Position numbers and translations under genes: made by a program. From Octopus vulgaris (taxonomy: Eukaryota), in contig OX597815.1 of assembly GCA_951406725.2 (NCBI GenBank), positions 24,180,001-24,244,000 of the forward strand: a DNA stretch of 64,000 nt, given 5' to 3'. Below the pieces are notes generated by a model. That model was not told the origin of the DNA and searched no databases. It saw nothing but the letters and a program-made list of their open reading frames with translations. The stretch's first letter is position 1; the number at the start of each line of letters is the position of its first letter. Positions 38,844-51,393 of the stretch are shown here, in pieces.

Positions 38844-39775
38844 GGTGCTGCTTTGACGTTTGATCTACAATTTAAAGGAAGATTATTTTAGATTACTTTT
38901 TAGTTCACGTTTGTGGAGGCGCAATGGCCCAGTGGTTAGGGCAGCGGACTCGCGGTCGTAGGATCGCGGTTTCGATTCCCAGACCGGGCGTTGTGAGTGT
39001 TTATTGAGCGAAAACATCTAAAGCTCCACGAGGCTCCGGCAGGGATGGTGGTGATCCCTGCTGTACTCTTTCACCACAACTTTCTCTCACTCTTACTTCC
39101 TGTTTCTGTTGTACCTGTATTTCAAAGGGCCGGCCTTGTCACTCTCTGTGTCACGCTGAATATCCCCGAGAACTACGTTAAGGGTACACGTGTCTGTGGA
39201 GTGCTCAGCCACTTACACGTTAATTTCATGAGCAGGCTGTTCCGTTGATCGGATCAACCGGAACCCTCATCGTCGTAACCGACGGAGTGCTTCCACCAGT
39301 TCACGTTTCAATTTTTAAATTTCTTTATAAATTCTTTTGTGCATACTTTGCATTGTACTTTTTCAAAATTCTTACTATTTTGATAATAATAATAATACCA
39401 TGTTTCATTCATGTTTTAGTAAATGATAAGAAGAAACCAAGAATAAAATAATATGATACTTAAAATAAGCGCGTAGATCACACAAGTTTGACAGCCGCCA
39501 GTTTTGCAACGTAAAGTTGGCAAAATTTCACCGTTTTTCCCTTCTCTTCGAGCTTCCTTCATTTCTCCACCACAACGATGACATAGTGCAACGTTTTCTC
39601 CATCATCTAAAAGGTTATTTATTCGTAAAAATGGAACTGTCTTCGTCTCATCGCTCATCACACCGTAAAAATCTTAGGCCAACATTTTAACGGTTATTAG
39701 AAATTGAAAAGTAAACTAAAAAGTAACTTAAAGTAATCTTCTGTTAAACTGTAAATCACACTCCAAAATAGCACC
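38844..39775 (-). mobile_element. Merlin/ISXO2-like non-autonomous DNA transposon with a nested SINE
   Basis: ~80-bp imperfect TIRs beginning GGTGCT (left TIR split by the SINE); near-TSD CTCCAAGT/CTCCAAAC; Zn-ribbon CHRCGGEM...LRCKTGGC at 39480-39661. Confidence 0.65.
38913..39297 (+). mobile_element. SINE family D, tail 1
   Basis: tRNA-like head with A and B boxes; TSD AGTTCACGTTT. Confidence 0.88.
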
Positions 39776-39917
39776 CTCCAAACTATTTTAGGGCAATATA
39801 TGAAATTATTTTTCATATGGATTTAATTCATTCATAATGTATATCAAATTTTTGTTACTCCATCAGTTCTCTTACCAACCATTCTGTTAAGTCGCATTAT
39901 CTCAGAGCTATGTTATA

Positions 39918-40310
39918 TCTATAATATCTTTATATATAAAAGAGAGGTTGTGTGCTGTCTGTCTCCTACGATTTAGATTCCTAACTACTCCCACATTTTG
40001 CGGTGCAGTTTAACCAAAACTGGATATCTTATAGTCGTGATTCATATCGAGCCCTTCTGAGTATTAGCGCGCGTCTACGATGAGTCTACGATTTTTAAAA
40101 ATATTTACCATCAATTTTTCCCATTTTTAATGCATTTTTGGGAAGTAACTCTCTAAAAATGTATTATTAAATCTCAGAACGTAAAAAGCTACAGTAACCC
40201 CCCCCTTTGTGGTTAGCCATATTGAGATGGCTAGTATACTGTACATCTCTAAAAATGCTTATATAGTTATTTCCCTTACAAACCTGAGCAACGCCGGGCG
40301 ATACTGCTAG
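39918..40310 (+). mobile_element. Non-autonomous Helitron, copy 2
   Basis: A|TC start; hairpin plus CTAG|T end. Confidence 0.85.
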
Positions 40311-41165
40311 TATCAAATACAATAGTACGTTCCTACCTACCTTTCGTGTCACGATAAAGGAAATAACTCGAATGGAGAAAGATACATAGACAGAGAGAAG
40401 GATAGGTGGCGAGACAGACGAAGAGTGGGAGGGAGGGAGAGAAGCTGAGTAAGAGCAGGAGTTTAAACAGTCTCACACTCTCACACGCGCGCACGCGTAC
40501 ACACACACATGCGCACACATGTATCGAGGTACTGGAGTCGATTTTTTTCGACTAAAACCTTTTAAAGCGGCTCTTCCCCCACCACCCCGTAGTCCAATGA
40601 CTGAAACAAGTGAAAGAAAAAAGAAGATATTTAAAACGTTCACACCCCTCCGATCATTTGCCTACCGTCAGTTTGTGTCTTCTCAACTGTTACAAATGAT
40701 ATTACTTTTCGTTTTAGTTAATATGGTGAATGTGTAACACCCCCACTTAAATTTTTATAACACTTCCACTTAGACTTACTCGCCTCGCCTACTCTCCCCA
40801 CCCATTTGTCATCTTGTGTTTAACTCGCTTGATATTGAATTAAACCAATCCTGCCTTTTTAAAACTGCTCTCTTCTGGCATTTACTTCCAAATAATAGTT
40901 CTTTTTATTGGCCACAAGGGCTGACAAATATGATTGGAAAACATAAGGGGACAAAACAGGACGAAGGGTTACAAAAGGTTTTGTCCGTTTGTGAACAATT
41001 TTAACAACGAAAAACTCCCAATAGAGGAGACGCTTCGAAAAAAGAAAAGGTCTCACGTGGAAAAACCCATAAAATCCACGGGAGCCCCTTTCTCCTTTTA
41101 TAATACCTTTTTCAATTACAGGCGAAACCTCAGAATTGGTCCATTTATACTGGCCATTCTTGCAC

Positions 41166-41635
41166 AATAATGGTATTTTTATATAAGCTTAAAGCTTATG
41201 GTGATTACCGTGCAATGACTAAGGAAAATAGTCTAATAATGGGGCATATAAGCTCTCGACAGAAAAAAAGAAGGCTTTCCTATCTACGTGGGAGTCGAAC
41301 CCACATCCCTTCGTTAACGCAACTAAGTGTGTTACCTTTACACCAGCGAATCAGCCTCCCGCCATATAAAAAACCATTCGTACCGAAAACATATAGAAAA
41401 GCAAACACGAACTGTTATGGCTCTTAAATTTGGCAAGAAAAGGGAGGCTGATTTGCTGGTGTAACGGTAATACACTTAGTCGCGTTAACAAAGGGATGTG
41501 GATTCGACTCCCACCTGGATAGGAAAGCCTTCTTTTTTCTGTCGGGAGCTTATATGCCCCTATGTTAGACTATTTTCTTTAGTCATTGCACGGTGATCGC
41601 CTTAAACTTTAAGCTTATATAAAAATACTATTATT
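41166..41635. repeat. Inverted repeat (two ~195-bp arms, 81-bp spacer) with tRNA-like heads
   Basis: 41166-41360 is the inverse of 41442-41635; each arm has A-box-like TGGTGTAA(C/A)GG and B-box-like GG(A/G)TTCGACTCC. Confidence 0.85.
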
Positions 41636-42437
41636 ATTATTTACAGGATTGTAAAAACGGCACCGCATAAAAAAAACAAAAACATTCGTACCTAACTATT
41701 AATATTGGTTTCAAATTTTGGCACAAGTCCAGCAATTTTGGGGCTGGTCGCTCCCCTTGTTCTCCCTATTACCTACACCACCGACATACGTACGTACGTA
41801 TGTACGAATGTGTGGACGTGTTGATTTAGTTGATACCGCAAACATTCGGAGCCTCTCTCTTATAATCTGCACTAATTTCTACTAATGTAACAATACCTGT
41901 ATTTCATTGAATTAGTAAGTAAATTTGACATTTGTTTAATTTAGAGCGCGTTGACCAGGGTGACAATCCCAAATTTGGAAAAATCAGTTATTCGGAAAGG
42001 CTTTGAAACCAAAGTTTCCGGAAAGTTGACGTATTAAGCTTTGTAAACTATAAACAAATAATTAACGAAATATTTCAAGATCTGAAGTAGGAATGTAGAG
42101 ACTTATGCATGACAACAGTGAATAAATGTATTCATCGAGAAACTATTTTCAGTTTAATTTCATACATTTTCGACTAGGCTAACACACCTTACATTTTACA
42201 GGAAGTGATGACAGTCATTTGTGTATACTAATATATACGTTTTCACCTGCAGTCAGCAATTATCTTAAACATAAGGGAGCGTTGTACATAGCGTATTATA
42301 TGAAGAGATATTTGTAAATGAAGTTTTGTTTAAGAAAAGCTTTGTTCGAGTTTTATGAAATAAGGTGTGATCTTGATATAAAAGGACAAAACTACAGTGA
42401 GTCCTACCGTTTAAAATCAATGTTGTTATTACTGTAA

Positions 42438-43012
42438 GGCGGCGAGCTGGCAGAATTGTTAGCAAACCGGGCGAAATACTTAGCGGTATTTCGTCTGCCG
42501 TGAGTTCAAATTCCGTCGAGGTCGATTTTGCCGTTCATCCTTTCAGGGTCGATTAAATAAGTACCAGTTATGCACTGGGGTCGATATAATCGATTTAATC
42601 CGTTTGTCTGTCCTTGTTTGTCCACTCTATGTTTAGCCCCTTGTGGGTAGTAAAGAAATAGGTATTTCGTCTGTCGCTACGGTCTGAGGTCAAATTCCGC
42701 CGAGGTTGACTTTGCTTTTCATCCTTTCGGGGTCGATAAACAAAGTACCAGTTACGCACTGAGGGGTCAATATAAACGACTTAATCCCTTTGTCTGTCCT
42801 TGTTTGTTCCCTCTGCGTTTAGCCCCTTGTGGGCAATAAAGAAATATGTATTTCGTCTGCCGTTACGATTTGAGTTCAAATTCCGCCGAGGTCGACTTTG
42901 CCTTTCATCCTTTCGGAGTCGATAAATTAAGGACCAGTTGCGTACTGGGGTGGATTTAATCGATTGGCCCCTCCCCCAAAATTCCGGGCCTTGTGCCTAG
43001 AGTAGAAAATAA
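42438..43012 (+). mobile_element. SINE family B trimer (tail I, tail I, tail II)
   Basis: Junctions AAAGAAATA(G/T)GTATTTCGTCTG at ~42660 and ~42848. Confidence 0.85.
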
Positions 43013-43275
43013 TATTGTTGTTGTTGTTTAACCCTGTGTCAGCCGTGACTGAACGTACCTATATTAAAAACATTCCATTCGTGACCATCGCATTTTTCTC
43101 AGGCAGCATATCTTGGATTATAATATCTCGTGCAAGCTTTCTTTTCAAGACAGTAAGGTTTGGTTTGTGAGAGAGAGAGATCTGGCTGCTATTTCTAGTG
43201 GGTCGACCGACCACACAGAGGATCCCATGATGACTCCTATTCTTCTGTTCGTACTATTGTTGATTCAAGGAAATA

Positions 43276-43800
43276 GGCGGTGAGCTGGTAGAATCAATCG
43301 ACAGAGCGTGAGAAAAAATGCTTTGCGGTATTTTGTCCGGCTCTTTACGTTCTGAGTTCAAATCCCGTTGACGTCAACTCTGCCTTCCATCCCTCCAGGG
43401 GTCGATAAAGTACCAATTGAGTGTTGGGATCGATGGTATCGAGTAAAACCCTGTCTTCAAAATTGCTAGTTTTGTGCTAATTTTTTTTTTTTTAAGGGCG
43501 GCGAGCTGGCAGAAACGTTACGCACTGGGGTTGATGTAATCTACTTAATCCGTTTGTCTGTCCTTGTTTGTCCCCTCTGTGTTTAGCCCCTTGTGGATAG
43601 TAAAGAAATAGATTCGTTACAGCATCGAGGAAATGGACTCGCGCTATTTATTCCGATTCTTTATATTCTGAGTTCAAATCCTGCACAGGCCAATTTTGCC
43701 TGTTATCCTCTCGGGGGTTTATAAAATAAAGCACTTGTCAAATACTGAATTCTATTATATCAACCAGTGCTCTTTGAAAACCGCTGGGCGTGTTTCTATA
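43276..43800 (+). mobile_element. Cluster of diverged and deleted family B SINEs
   Basis: Three partial family B units. Confidence 0.65.
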
Positions 43801-44121
43801 TCAACACCATTGTCGATTCAAAGAGAAATTCTCAAAATTAATAGTGGGGAAGGGGCAGTATTCTAATATTCTAAGTCTACCTATTTTTCCCCTTTTGCGT
43901 ATTATTGTATATTATGCATTCTACAAATTATAACTCACAGGAACTGCGTCGACATCTCCAGCAGACATTGAAATGAATGGTAGCTTTGATTCGATGAAAT
44001 AAAGAGTCCGTCTTGGAATAAATTATACACATCATAAATGCTGCATGATGCAGGGTGTGGGGCATCCTACTGTGGAAATAGGTTACTACGAGATATAAAC
44101 CTAGGAAAAGTACATTTTAGT

Positions 44122-45577
44122 CAGTGGCGTACCAAGCACAAGTGCCGCCCGGGGGCGGATGTTTATTTGGCCGCCCCTTAAAAGTTCTAACACTTCAAAA
44201 CGACAAAACGGAATAATACAGGTATGTAAAATAAGAAAACAAACCGTAGCAACCAGCTGTTTCCCTCAAATTTACTTATATAATGTTTATACACAAAAAA
44301 ATAATAGGAAAATATGTTAAAGAACAGAAGATGAGTGAATTACAAAAATAAACGATTTACAAATCGATTTTACGTGCCTTCCTCTTCGCGAAATCTTGAA
44401 TGATTTCATCAAAATTAATTTTATCCGCAAGGTCGCACTCTATGGATAGTATTGCCAAATCAGTCAACCTTGTTTGACTTATTGTTGACCTGAGGTGATT
44501 CTTAATAAGCTTTAGCTTCGCAGCTAGCAACACCAATGGCACGAGTTAGGAAGACTCTTAAAAGTTTTACAATATTTGGCCAATAAGATCATATTTCTGA
44601 ATAAACTAGAGAGCTCGCAAAGGCCCTTCAGTGTCTTCAGAGTAAGCAGCCGCTAAATAGTTTTGCAGTTTTGCCCTTTCAATCAGAAAGTCTTCTCTCT
44701 TAATATTCTCATCAAAAGCATCTACATCACAATTACACTCTTTATCTAAAAAATTGGGCGGTGTGAGAAAGGTGTATTTTTTTTTTTTGCGATATCGTGA
44801 AGTCTTTTGAATCTAGAGGTTATTTCTTCAACCACACTTACAACATTTCTCTTCTTAGTTCAGCGTCGTAGCTGAGAGCGACATCGATACTTCCTTCGTA
44901 GCTCATTCTTTTATTTTTGCGAATTCAACGCTCTGTGCTGATTCCCATATCAGAGCAAATTTCGGTTGAATAGGCCAACGCGCCATCTACTGTTTTGTTT
45001 CTGCTTACAAGTAGAGAAGTTTACTGATGATAAATTTAAATTTTAAGGAAATTTTAATAGTTGCTTTACATTATTAAAGTCTATAATATTTATACTGCAT
45101 TTATATTAATGACTAGCAGTATCGCCCGGCGTTGCTCGGGTTTGTAAGGGAAATAACTATATAAGCATTTTTAAAGATGTAAAGTATAATAGCCATCTCA
45201 ATATGGCTAACCACAAAGGGGGTGTTACTGTAGCTTTTTACGTTCTGAGATTTAATAATACGTTTTTAGAGAGTTACTTCCCTTATATAATAGCAAAAAA
45301 AATGCATTAAAAATGGGAAAAAATTATGGTAATTTTTTTTTAAATCGTAGACTCATCGTAGACGCGCGCTAATACCCAGAAAGGCTCGATATGAATCACA
45401 ACTATAAGATACCCGCTTTTGGTTACACTGCACCGCAAAATGTGGGAGTAGTTAGGAATCTAAATCATAGGAGACAGACACACAACTTCACTTTTATATA
45501 TAAAGATATATTAATACAAATCAATTGTGCCGCCCAGGGCGGACAGTCCTTCCCGCCCCACTCTTGGGATGCCATTG
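44122..45577 (-). mobile_element. Internally deleted hAT (Tip100/ZMYM-like) element with a nested Helitron
   Basis: Termini CAGTGGCGTACC and GGGATGCCATTG; perfect 8-bp TSD ATTTTAGT; hATC dimerisation region KLKLIKNHLRSTISQTRLTDLAILSIE...FAKRKARK (44357-44520). Confidence 0.9.
45113..45506 (-). mobile_element. Non-autonomous Helitron, copy 3
   Basis: Reverse complement of copy 2; TC and CTAG ends. Confidence 0.85.
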
Positions 45578-45722
45578 ATTTTAGTAAACCTAGGTACTAA
45601 TTTAGTATAGAATTCTGACCAAGATCTTGTTCGAACTTCAGAAACAGAGTGGTTACACTGATTGTTCTTTCCGTTGGTGAAACTTGCTTACTTCAAAACT
45701 ATGCACCAAGACTTTGCAGGCT

Positions 45723-46850
45723 TCATACCACAAACCTAACCCCTGTACTGTTGTTATTGTTACTGTGTGATAATCCATGAAGGCTCTGATGAGCGGTTGT
45801 CTTACTTTCTCTTACTGAGAGGACACCAGCACTCCTTCTTTGACTTGACCAAAGAAGGAGTGACTTGACCAACGTGTTCATTGCCAACGCAAAGAGAGAC
45901 ACTGAGATGACGCACCCTAAAATTATCTCCGCTTCTTGTTGGTGCCGTTCAGATGTCAACAGTCTAGAGAAAATCTTTAACTTGAACTTGTGGATTTTAT
46001 CCATTATGAGGCCTTTTACTTTCTGGAATACATGGTGTTTTTCTACTGCAACTTTAACCAGCGTAAGTGATATCGAGCCATAGGCATTGGCCAGGTCCAT
46101 CCACAACACAGCTAAGTCCTTTTTTTTTTTTTGTTATCGTACCTACCTGATGAGCTGAGTCATCGCGCCTGTGTGTTCAAGGCATCCAGAGACTCTAGGT
46201 TTGCTTCCCTTCTGTACCGACTTATGGATGTGTCTATTGTTCAGTAGAAAGCCTTTTTGATACAGTGCTGATAAATCATGCTCTCTACGCTGAGCAAAGA
46301 GATGACGTGAAATTGGCCTATATCTTCAGCTCTCTCCTCTTTGGGGTATGTGTATCCCTTTTGCATTTCTCCATAACAGGGTATCCATCACTCACCTCCA
46401 AATCATCTTCAGGGCCGTCCAAAGCCGATAGAGTAGCATTGGACAGTTCTTACAGATCTTTTATGGACTCCACTTGGGCCTGGTGCATAATTAGGTTTTG
46501 CCTTTCTTACTACTTCTCTCACTTCCCTAGAACAAGGCTTTTCCAAATTGAATACCACTGTTGGTTCTGGTGATATCATAAGTGCCTTGTATGAGGACAG
46601 TAGTTAGTCTCTCGTTATCGCTGTAAACATTTGAGAAGTGCTCGTTTATGACATCCTTGGAACAGGTCAACTGGCTGGTCCTCTTCTAGCCGAGGAGTTG
46701 CTTCATCAATTTGTAGGGGATTAGGCAGGAATGCAGTTCCCTTCCTTGGCCTCTCCTTTCATCTCCTTCTATGGCTCTCTTGCTCTCGTCAGTATCAGGA
46801 GCTCCTTCCTGAAACCACTGCAAGCGAAATACCTGGCGGTACGTTATGTC
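45723..46850 (-). mobile_element. Decayed R2-group (Hero/NeSL-like) non-LTR reverse transcriptase fragment
   Basis: SVQKG...SGCLEHTGAMTQLI, LWMDLANAYGSI, ILGCVISVSLFALAMN. Confidence 0.75.
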
Positions 46851-48359
46851 CTTGTGCAAAACATTTTATTTCACGTTGCTCCAGTTCACTCAGCTGTGCT
46901 TTCAACTTATTTCTCTATCCAATGAACAGAAATCACTCAGATTTGTTGGTTTTTGCTGAACAAAAAATAGCCATGTGTATTACTTGCGTATCTGAAATTG
47001 AGCACATCTAAAATTCTCTAATTATGTTATTCTAGTCACTGAATCAAAACAAGACATTTTTCCCGGCGGACATTCAACATTTTATTTAATTGTATTAACC
47101 ACGGTAAATTAAAGATTTTAACCCTTTCAGACCTATAGTATTATTAACACTTAACTGGATTAACCTCAAAAACACTGGCTAATGATTAAATTTTTTTCTT
47201 TTCTTTTCTTTATTTTTATTTTTTTATTTATTTATTTACTTATTTATTTTGCATGTTTCCATTAAATTTGAGTGAATGAGTGACTTTTATTATAGCAATT
47301 ACTGTCAAACTATTTTTAAAACACAAAAAGTAATGTATTTTAGCCAGATCATTCAACTTTTCTAGCCTGACTCGTATTTTTATAGATTTTTATCTTTGTA
47401 CGCTCAGTGGAATTGCAACAATATGGCATGGTGTCTATTAATTATATTACTTACAAACTCATACATATTTTCAAACAACTTTAATATGGCTAGATTTTGG
47501 ACAAGAAAATTGTCAATGCTTATACTGACATCGAACTTTTATAAAACGTGTTTTGGCTAATTTGATAAACAGTAAAATTTCCGAAAAATCTTCATTCCAG
47601 TACATGTTGACTTAATATTTTCGCAAACCATGTATTTTTGTGCGGTTACTAGTATACTATATGCTTACTAGTAACAGGATGTTACACATTCATATCTATG
47701 TGTATACGTAGGTATGCGTATGCATGAGTGAATCTCCACTATTGGCACTATTTGTTAGTAAACAGTATGAACTGCGAAGGCGGATACGCACAATGCGTAT
47801 CACTCCGCTGTATATGGACAGTTCGTAACAGATTAAACAAAATAAACACGTAAAACAATAACAATGCCTTCATTGAGTTGTCTATCATCCCATCAAAAAC
47901 GAAACAATGCATAACACAGCATAAGTACGAGTAATAGTTTATTTAATTGAAATATAGGTAGGTATTTAACAAAGAATTAGGTATCGTTACTGTAATGGTT
48001 TCTGCTCTCAAAAGCTGGCTGGGCTCGTGCCTACTCTACTCAGACAATCTCTAACTCGTCTCTCCTCTCGTCACCCCCGTTATTCCCATCCCATACTCTA
48101 TACTAATTACTATGCTATGTCCTTCCTTCCAAAAAAACGCCAGCCCTCTGGAACTCCATCCCTGCTCATATCTTCCCACAAGTGCTGAGTTACAAAAATT
48201 CAAGGACATTAATAGTGTCAATCTCACTGGTCTAGGAGAGCCTTCAAAATTCACGAACACTGCCTCTTCCTCCAGACCCTCCATCTATCTCTACCAAGTA
48301 TTCATGGAAGGGAGAGTCCTCAGGCACCTCCTCCACTGGGCCTATTAGAAGCAATCGTC

Positions 48360-48690
48360 ATTAGACTTTCTGGCTGGATTTCCAAACGTGGTCAACTGAG
48401 GCTATGGATATTATTCAACCATCTCGTTCTTGGTCTACCTCTTGGTCTTCGGTCGGTTGGCTTGGCTTCAAGAATCTGTCTTACGGCATTCTAATCACAT
48501 GTCCGTAGTATCAACACTGTGATTGCTCAGTGCAGAGAAGGAGTGACTCGACCTGGAAAGACTCCTTGCTCTCCGAGTTACGCATTCTGTCAAGTAACAT
48601 TACCCCAGAGATCTTTCGGAGAAACTCCATTTCGGCCGCTTGAATTCGCGATCGAATTCTTTCGGTTATTAGCCAATATTCATGATCCAG
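48360..48690 (-). mobile_element. RTE-like LINE 3' fragment
   Basis: Frameshifted YYGHVIRM and RPRGRPRTRW. Confidence 0.6.
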
Positions 48691-49451
48691 TATGTGAAAA
48701 TAAAAACAGAGAATGTAGGGCGTTCATAACCTTCTCCATTCTTCGCCACCGCGATACCTGACATTGTACAAAGATATATAGTCAAATCTTAGACTTACTT
48801 ATTATACGAGACAAGAACCGTTATGAATGGCGATGTTGAAGATGAACCAGTGAGGGAACCTCTACGTGGTCACTTGATATGCCATCAATAGAAGTTAAAT
48901 CTCTCTCAAATCACACCCAAATGTTTTTTTTTTTCGCTGTTTACTCAGGAGGAGCAGAGAACAGCGCCGGTGATCCCTATCCCCTATTTTTTCTTTCGGG
49001 ATTTTGGTGACTGGTGGTAAAAAGGAAGAAGTTATCTTCAAGCCAGAAACCTAACCCGAATGCTTGCAACTAAGTAAAGCGTTCTGAAGTCATACCAGGA
49101 CAATGTGGTGGTGTTAAACCGGATGACAGTTTAAACCGACAACGCAAGGACTTTTTTAACAGCTGACTGTTGAAGTTGATAAATAATGCTGGTTTAAGTA
49201 AGGCTGCGTGTGTAGATAAAAGAGGAACGGGGAAACGAGGATTAAGTGCGACGATTTATTCAACATGTTAAAAGGTGTTAAGACCGCAAAGCTATAGAGA
49301 TACATAATGAAGGAACGGTCAGAATATATACACTGCAACGGTAATGTCTTTAGGTGTTGGTTCACCAATGTAACGGCAAATGTTATAGACGTTGGTTGCC
49401 AGTTGTGCAAGATGAAAGAAGAACAGTGATCGAAGTTAACAAATATGTATT

Positions 49452-49684
49452 ACCTATTTCTTTACTACCCACAAGGGGCTACACACAGAGGGAACAAACA
49501 AGGACAGACAAACGGATTAAGACGATTATATCGACCCCCAGTGCGTAACTGGTACTTATTTAATCGACCCCGAAAGGATGAAAGGCAAAGTCGACCTTGG
49601 CGGAATTTGAACTCAGAACTTAACGGCAGACAAAATATGGCTACGCATTTCGTCCGGCGTGCTAACGTTTCTGCCAGCTCGCCA
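49452..49684 (-). mobile_element. SINE family B, tail I
   Basis: Family B sequence; TSD ACAAATAT(G/T)TATTACC. Confidence 0.85.
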
Positions 49685-49959
49685 CTTTACAAATATTTAT
49701 TACCGTTACTTTGTATATAGCCAAAACCACGACGGTCATTGTGTAGTAGTAAACCACAGATTGAGATAGGGTAGTGTTGTAGAGAAAAGAAAGTGAGCTG
49801 GTGAAAGTTAGAGAGTTGAGGGAAGTTGTATGTCTAATAGTGGCTGATTGTAACTTTCTCCCTCTGGCCGTTTGTCTCGAGTGGCTGTCTGCCTGTGGCC
49901 ATCTGTAGTCGCCGCCGTTCACCATCTGATTTTGGCTTACAGAATTCTATTATTTATAA

Positions 49960-50360
49960 CTAGCAGTATCGCCCGGCGTTGCTCGGGTTTGTAAGGGAAA
50001 TAACTATATGAGCATTTTTAGACAGTTATAACCAAAAAATAGCAAAAAAATGCATCAAAAATGGAAAAAAAATTGATGGTAAATTTTTTTTAAATCGTTG
50101 ACTCATCGTAGACATTTTTAGAGAGTTACTTCCCTTATATAATAGCGAAAAAATGCATTAAAATGGAAAAAAATTATGGTAAATTTTTTTTTAAATCGTA
50201 GACTCATTGTAGACGCGCGCTAATACCCAGAAGGGCTCGATATGAATCACGACTATAAGATACCCGGTTTTGGTTAAACTGCACCGCAAAATGTGGGAGT
50301 AGTTAGGAATCTAAATCGTAGGAGACAGACAGCACACAACCTCACTTTTATAAATAAAGA
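49960..50360 (-). mobile_element. Non-autonomous Helitron, copy 4, with an internal duplication
   Basis: Same termini as copies 1-3. Confidence 0.85.
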
Positions 50361-50386
50361 TTATACAAAACCAATTAGAAGGAGAT

Positions 50387-50672
50387 GTGGAGGCACATGG
50401 CCTAGTTGTTAGAGTAGAGGGATCGCGGGTTCGAATCTCAGACCGGGCGATGTGTGTATTTATGAGCAAAACACCTAAGCTCCACGCGGCTCCGGCAGAA
50501 GGTAGTGGCGAACTTCTGCTGACTCTTTCGCCACAACTTTCTCTCACTCTTTCCTCCTGCATCTCGCAGTTCACCTGCGACGGACCGGCGTCCCGTCCAG
50601 GTGGGGAGCCTATACGCCAAGGAAACCGGGAAACCGGCCCTTATGAGCCAAGCGTGACTCGAGATGGAACAA
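50387..50672 (+). mobile_element. SINE with a family D head and a V-domain-like tail
   Basis: Head and body shared with family D; CCTGCGACGGACCGGCGTCCCGTCCAGG resembles the V-SINE conserved domain. Confidence 0.7.
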
Positions 50673-51393
50673 ATAACTGTTCCTTCTAAAGGATGATGAA
50701 ATTAGAAGGAGATACTTATTGTTGGGGGTTTGTTATTCCAATTCAATTTTTGGTGAAATAGAAGAGGTCAAAATGGTTAAGTGGTAAAGACATAAATCGG
50801 TTGGCAAAGCCATATGCTAAATGTAACTTGCTGTCAACCATTGTTTCTCTGTGAGTAAAGTGATGTTGAAACATTATGAGAAATTTGCTGATGCAGGTTC
50901 GAATCTACTCTATGCCTAAATGAAGTCACTACAACACGATAGTTTAACATGCAGAGGGTACATAATGATGATGCATGCTGGATGACTTCTGCAGGAGGAC
51001 AGGAACAGCGTATGTGTCAACGGTTAGCTGAGGCTGCCTTGCGAAGTAACTGCTTTCCCTGCCGAAGATCCGATCTTCACCGTGTCAACCCACCTCGCTG
51101 AAGAAATAGTGGGAAAAGCTTCCTTATATAGCTGAGGGTAGCGCGCTTGGTTGGCCCGTCACGTGATGGGATGGACAGCCCGCGTAAAGCTAGATGGACT
51201 CGACCATCAAGTGACGAGCCGAAATGTGGGTACTTAAAAATAAAGGGCCAAACTCTGAACGTGCTTGCTACAACTTCAATAATCGTTAAAGAGCTGGAAC
51301 AAATATTGCTGCCAATCCTCCGAGCTGGTACCTTCCTTTAACGGCCCCAAAAAGGTATGAAAAGTAAAGTCGATTTCGGTAGGGTTTCAACCC

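Noticed and set aside
38915-38990. Functional tRNA gene (also 16945-17020, 41445-41520, 59935-60005)
   Set aside because: The acceptor stem is not convincing and the heads continue into SINE or repeat bodies
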